Below, piece after piece: positions 61,515 to 64,000 of a stretch of DNA of 64,000 bases. The stretch covers positions 143,470,001-143,534,000 of the forward strand of contig CM059431.1 in the NCBI GenBank assembly GCA_030390025.1. The letters are read 5' to 3'. Origin of the DNA: Squalus acanthias. Lineage: Eukaryota. The notes beneath the pieces are model-generated. The model was not told the origin of the DNA, did no database searches, and saw only the letters and a list, made by a program, of their open reading frames with translations. The position numbers and the translations under genes were made by a program. How positions within the stretch are numbered: position 1 is the first letter of the stretch; each line of letters opens with the position of its first letter.

Positions 61515-61905
61515 AACATAAGAAGATAAGAAATATTAGCAGGAGTGGGCCATTTATCCCTTCGAGCCTGCTCCGCCATTCAATAAGATAATGGCTGATC
61601 TTTTACCTCATCGCCCCTTTCCTGCACTTTGCACCTATCCCTTGATTCCCTTAAGATTTAAAAATCTATCGATCTCTGTCTTGAATATACTCAACGACTG
61701 ACCCTCCACAGCCCTCTGGGGTAGAGAATTCCAAAGATTCACCACCCTCTAAGTGAAGAAATTTCTACTCATCTCAGTCCTAAATGGCCGACCCCTTTTT
61801 CTGAGACTGTGACCCCTGGTTCTAGACTCCCCAGTCAGGGGAAGCATCCTCCCTGCATCTAACCTATCAAGCCCTGTAAGAATTTTGTATGTTTCAGTGA
61901 GATGC
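61515..61905 (-). mobile_element. CR1 3' end
   Basis: Tail and 3'UTR of the same type as 410-800. Confidence 0.85.
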
Positions 61906-62107
61906 ATTCTGAATCCAATCTTTCTTTCCCTCTCTTTATTTCACTTTCTGCACGTCATTTGACATTGCATTCTATATTCTAACTAAAAATTCCTGGTTCA
62001 GACTTTGCATAAGGATTCTGCAAGCTGATTGGTTAAGGAAGCATACTGTCGCTTCTCCTGTTCCCTCCGTAGAGGGCGCTGGGCGGTTTGGCTCTAATTT
62101 ACACTGT

Positions 62108-63850
62108 CGATGAAGGAACGGCGATATATGTTCAAGTCAGGATCGTATGTTACTTCAACTGGAACTTGGAGGTGGTGGTGTTTCCATGCGGATGCTGCTC
62201 TGGTCCTTCTTGGTGGCAGAGTCCGCGAGTTTAAGAGGTGCTGTCAAAGAAGCCTTGGCGATCTGCTGCAGTTCTTTCTGTAAAAAGCACACACTGCAGC
62301 GATGGTGCACCGTTGGTGGAGGGGTTGGATGTTTAAGGTGGTGTGTGGGCTGCCGATGAAGCGTATTTCTCTGTCCTGGATTGCGTGGAGCTTCTTGAGT
62401 GTTGTTGCAGCTGCACCGATCCAGGCAAGTGGGGAGTTTTCCATCACACGCCGCAGTTGTAACTTATAGGTGCAGTAGAGGTTCCTGGGTGGCCAGGATT
62501 TGAGCCGCTCTCCACAGAATAACCAACCTCTGACCTTCTCTAGTAGCCACGAGTTTTTTGTGGCTAGTCAATGGTAGGGATTTGACGATGTCAATTCCAG
62601 TGAATGATAAAGGGACATGGTTGAACTCTCTTTATGGAGATGGGCATGGCCTGGCACTTGTGTGGCGCGAATGTTAGTTGCCAATTATCCGCCCAAGCCT
62701 AGATTTTGTCCAGGTCATGCTGCATGCATCTGACGAATTGAAAATGGAGCTGAACCCTGTGCAATCATCAGAGAGCATCCCCACTCCGAGATTTTTGATG
62801 GAGGGAAGGTAATTGACGAAGCAGCTGTATGGTTAGTCCGAGGACACTGCCCCGAGGAACTCCTGCAGTGATGTCCTGTTGCTGAGAGGATTCGCCTCCA
62901 ACAACCACACTCCATGGTGCCACACACGTCGAACACTGCCTTGATGTCAAGCACAGTCACTCTCACCTCACAGCTGGAATTCCTTGTTTGGATTCGATTG
63001 GTCCTGGTGGAACTCAACTTGAGCCTCGGTGTGCAGCTTATTTGTGATTAAGTGCTGCTTGATAGCAGTGTTAATGATTGAGTGTAGGCTGATAGGGCGG
63101 TAATTGGTCGGGTTGGATTTGTCATGCTCTGTGTGAACAGGTCACACCTGGACAATTCTGTACATTGCCGGGCAGATTGCAATGCTGTGGATGTACAGGA
63201 AAAACTTGACTAGAGGTGTGGTTAGTTCCAGAGCACAGATCTTCAACACTAAAGCCAGAATGTTGACGGGACCTCTAGCATTTGCTGTGCCCAGTGCATT
63301 CACTTGTTTCTTGATATCGAATTGCGGGGCAACTAGGCAGTAAAACTCACATGTAATTTGCATTCTGGACCTTTTGTCACCTTTAGTGCTTCCTCCAAGT
63401 TGTGTTCAAAATGGAGGAGCACTGATTCATCGGCTCAGGGAGGGTTGTAGGTGGTAATCAGCAGGAGGTTTCCTTGCCCATATTTGACTTCAAGGCATGA
63501 GATTTAATTGGCTCTGGAGTAAATGTTAATGATTCCCAGGGCACTTGCATCTGAGGGTATATCACTGTGCCCCACCACTGGTGGGTCTGTCCTGCTGGTG
63601 GGACAGGAAATACCGATGAATGCTGATGTAGGTGCCTGAGACGTTGGCTAATAACTATGATTTTATAAGTATCACTGCGTCACACAGTTGCTTGACTAAT
63701 GTGGTCCGCTTCTCCCCACTTTGGCACCAGTCCCCAGATGTTAGTGAGGATGGCTTTGTCGGGTTGACTGGGCTTGGTGTTCCTTCTTCGTGTCCGAATC
63801 CAATGCTGAAGCCGAGCGGTCCGTCCGGTTTTATTCTACCTTATTCTTTC
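62108..63850 (-). mobile_element. Degenerate second-family CR1/Jockey-group LINE
   Basis: EVRVTVLDIKAVFD, GVPRGSVLG, AATTLKKLHAIQD; homologous to 1330-3280 and 53310-54330. Confidence 0.75.
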
Positions 63851-64000
63851 TAGGCCATTTCAGAGGCCATCACATTGGTGAAGGACTGGAGTCACGTTTC
63901 GACCATTGGGTTTTATGATAATCTTTACGAATATCAGCTTTTTATTTCGAAATATTTCAAATTAGAATTTGAATTCAAATTCATGAAACAACCACGATGG

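Noticed and set aside
61048..62100. Possible Harbinger-type MITE starting ggccagattttgc, split by a CR1 end
   Set aside because: No matching second terminal repeat or TSD could be found.

Overview
This is eukaryotic, repeat-dominated DNA. The CR1/L2/Penelope/SINE repertoire and the gene sequences suggest a cartilaginous fish (shark); that is an inference. Most long ORFs in the supplied track are retroelement fragments or translated minisatellites. Two host genes are supported. (1) A two-exon GCNT3-like core-2/core-4 beta-1,6-GlcNAc-transferase on the minus strand (26518-26159 + 24454-23921). It splices into an open 297-aa frame but lacks roughly 145-150 residues of the catalytic domain, so it is a probable pseudogene or truncated variant. 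(2) The first two coding exons of a probable NLR (NACHT-LRR) gene on the plus strand (55248-55311 + 58464-58630), continuing beyond the window. Mobile elements include a near-intact 4.46-kb CR1 LINE nested in an L2, a 5'-truncated Ty3/Gypsy element (pol, PPT, 3' LTR) in a nested LINE stack, many CR1/L2 fragments, a tRNA-derived SINE, and three foldback Penelope-like inserts, two with hammerhead-ribozyme cores. The non-TE DNA is built from locally duplicated modules: a GC-box/splice-donor module in three copies (two forming a ~2-kb palindrome centred near 29395), three G-rich minisatellite arrays with homologous flanks, a duplicated putative 5'UTR exon block and a duplicated pre-exon block. Together these suggest tandem birth-and-death of the 5' end of an NLR gene. 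No CRISPR array, rRNA or genuine tRNA gene was found.
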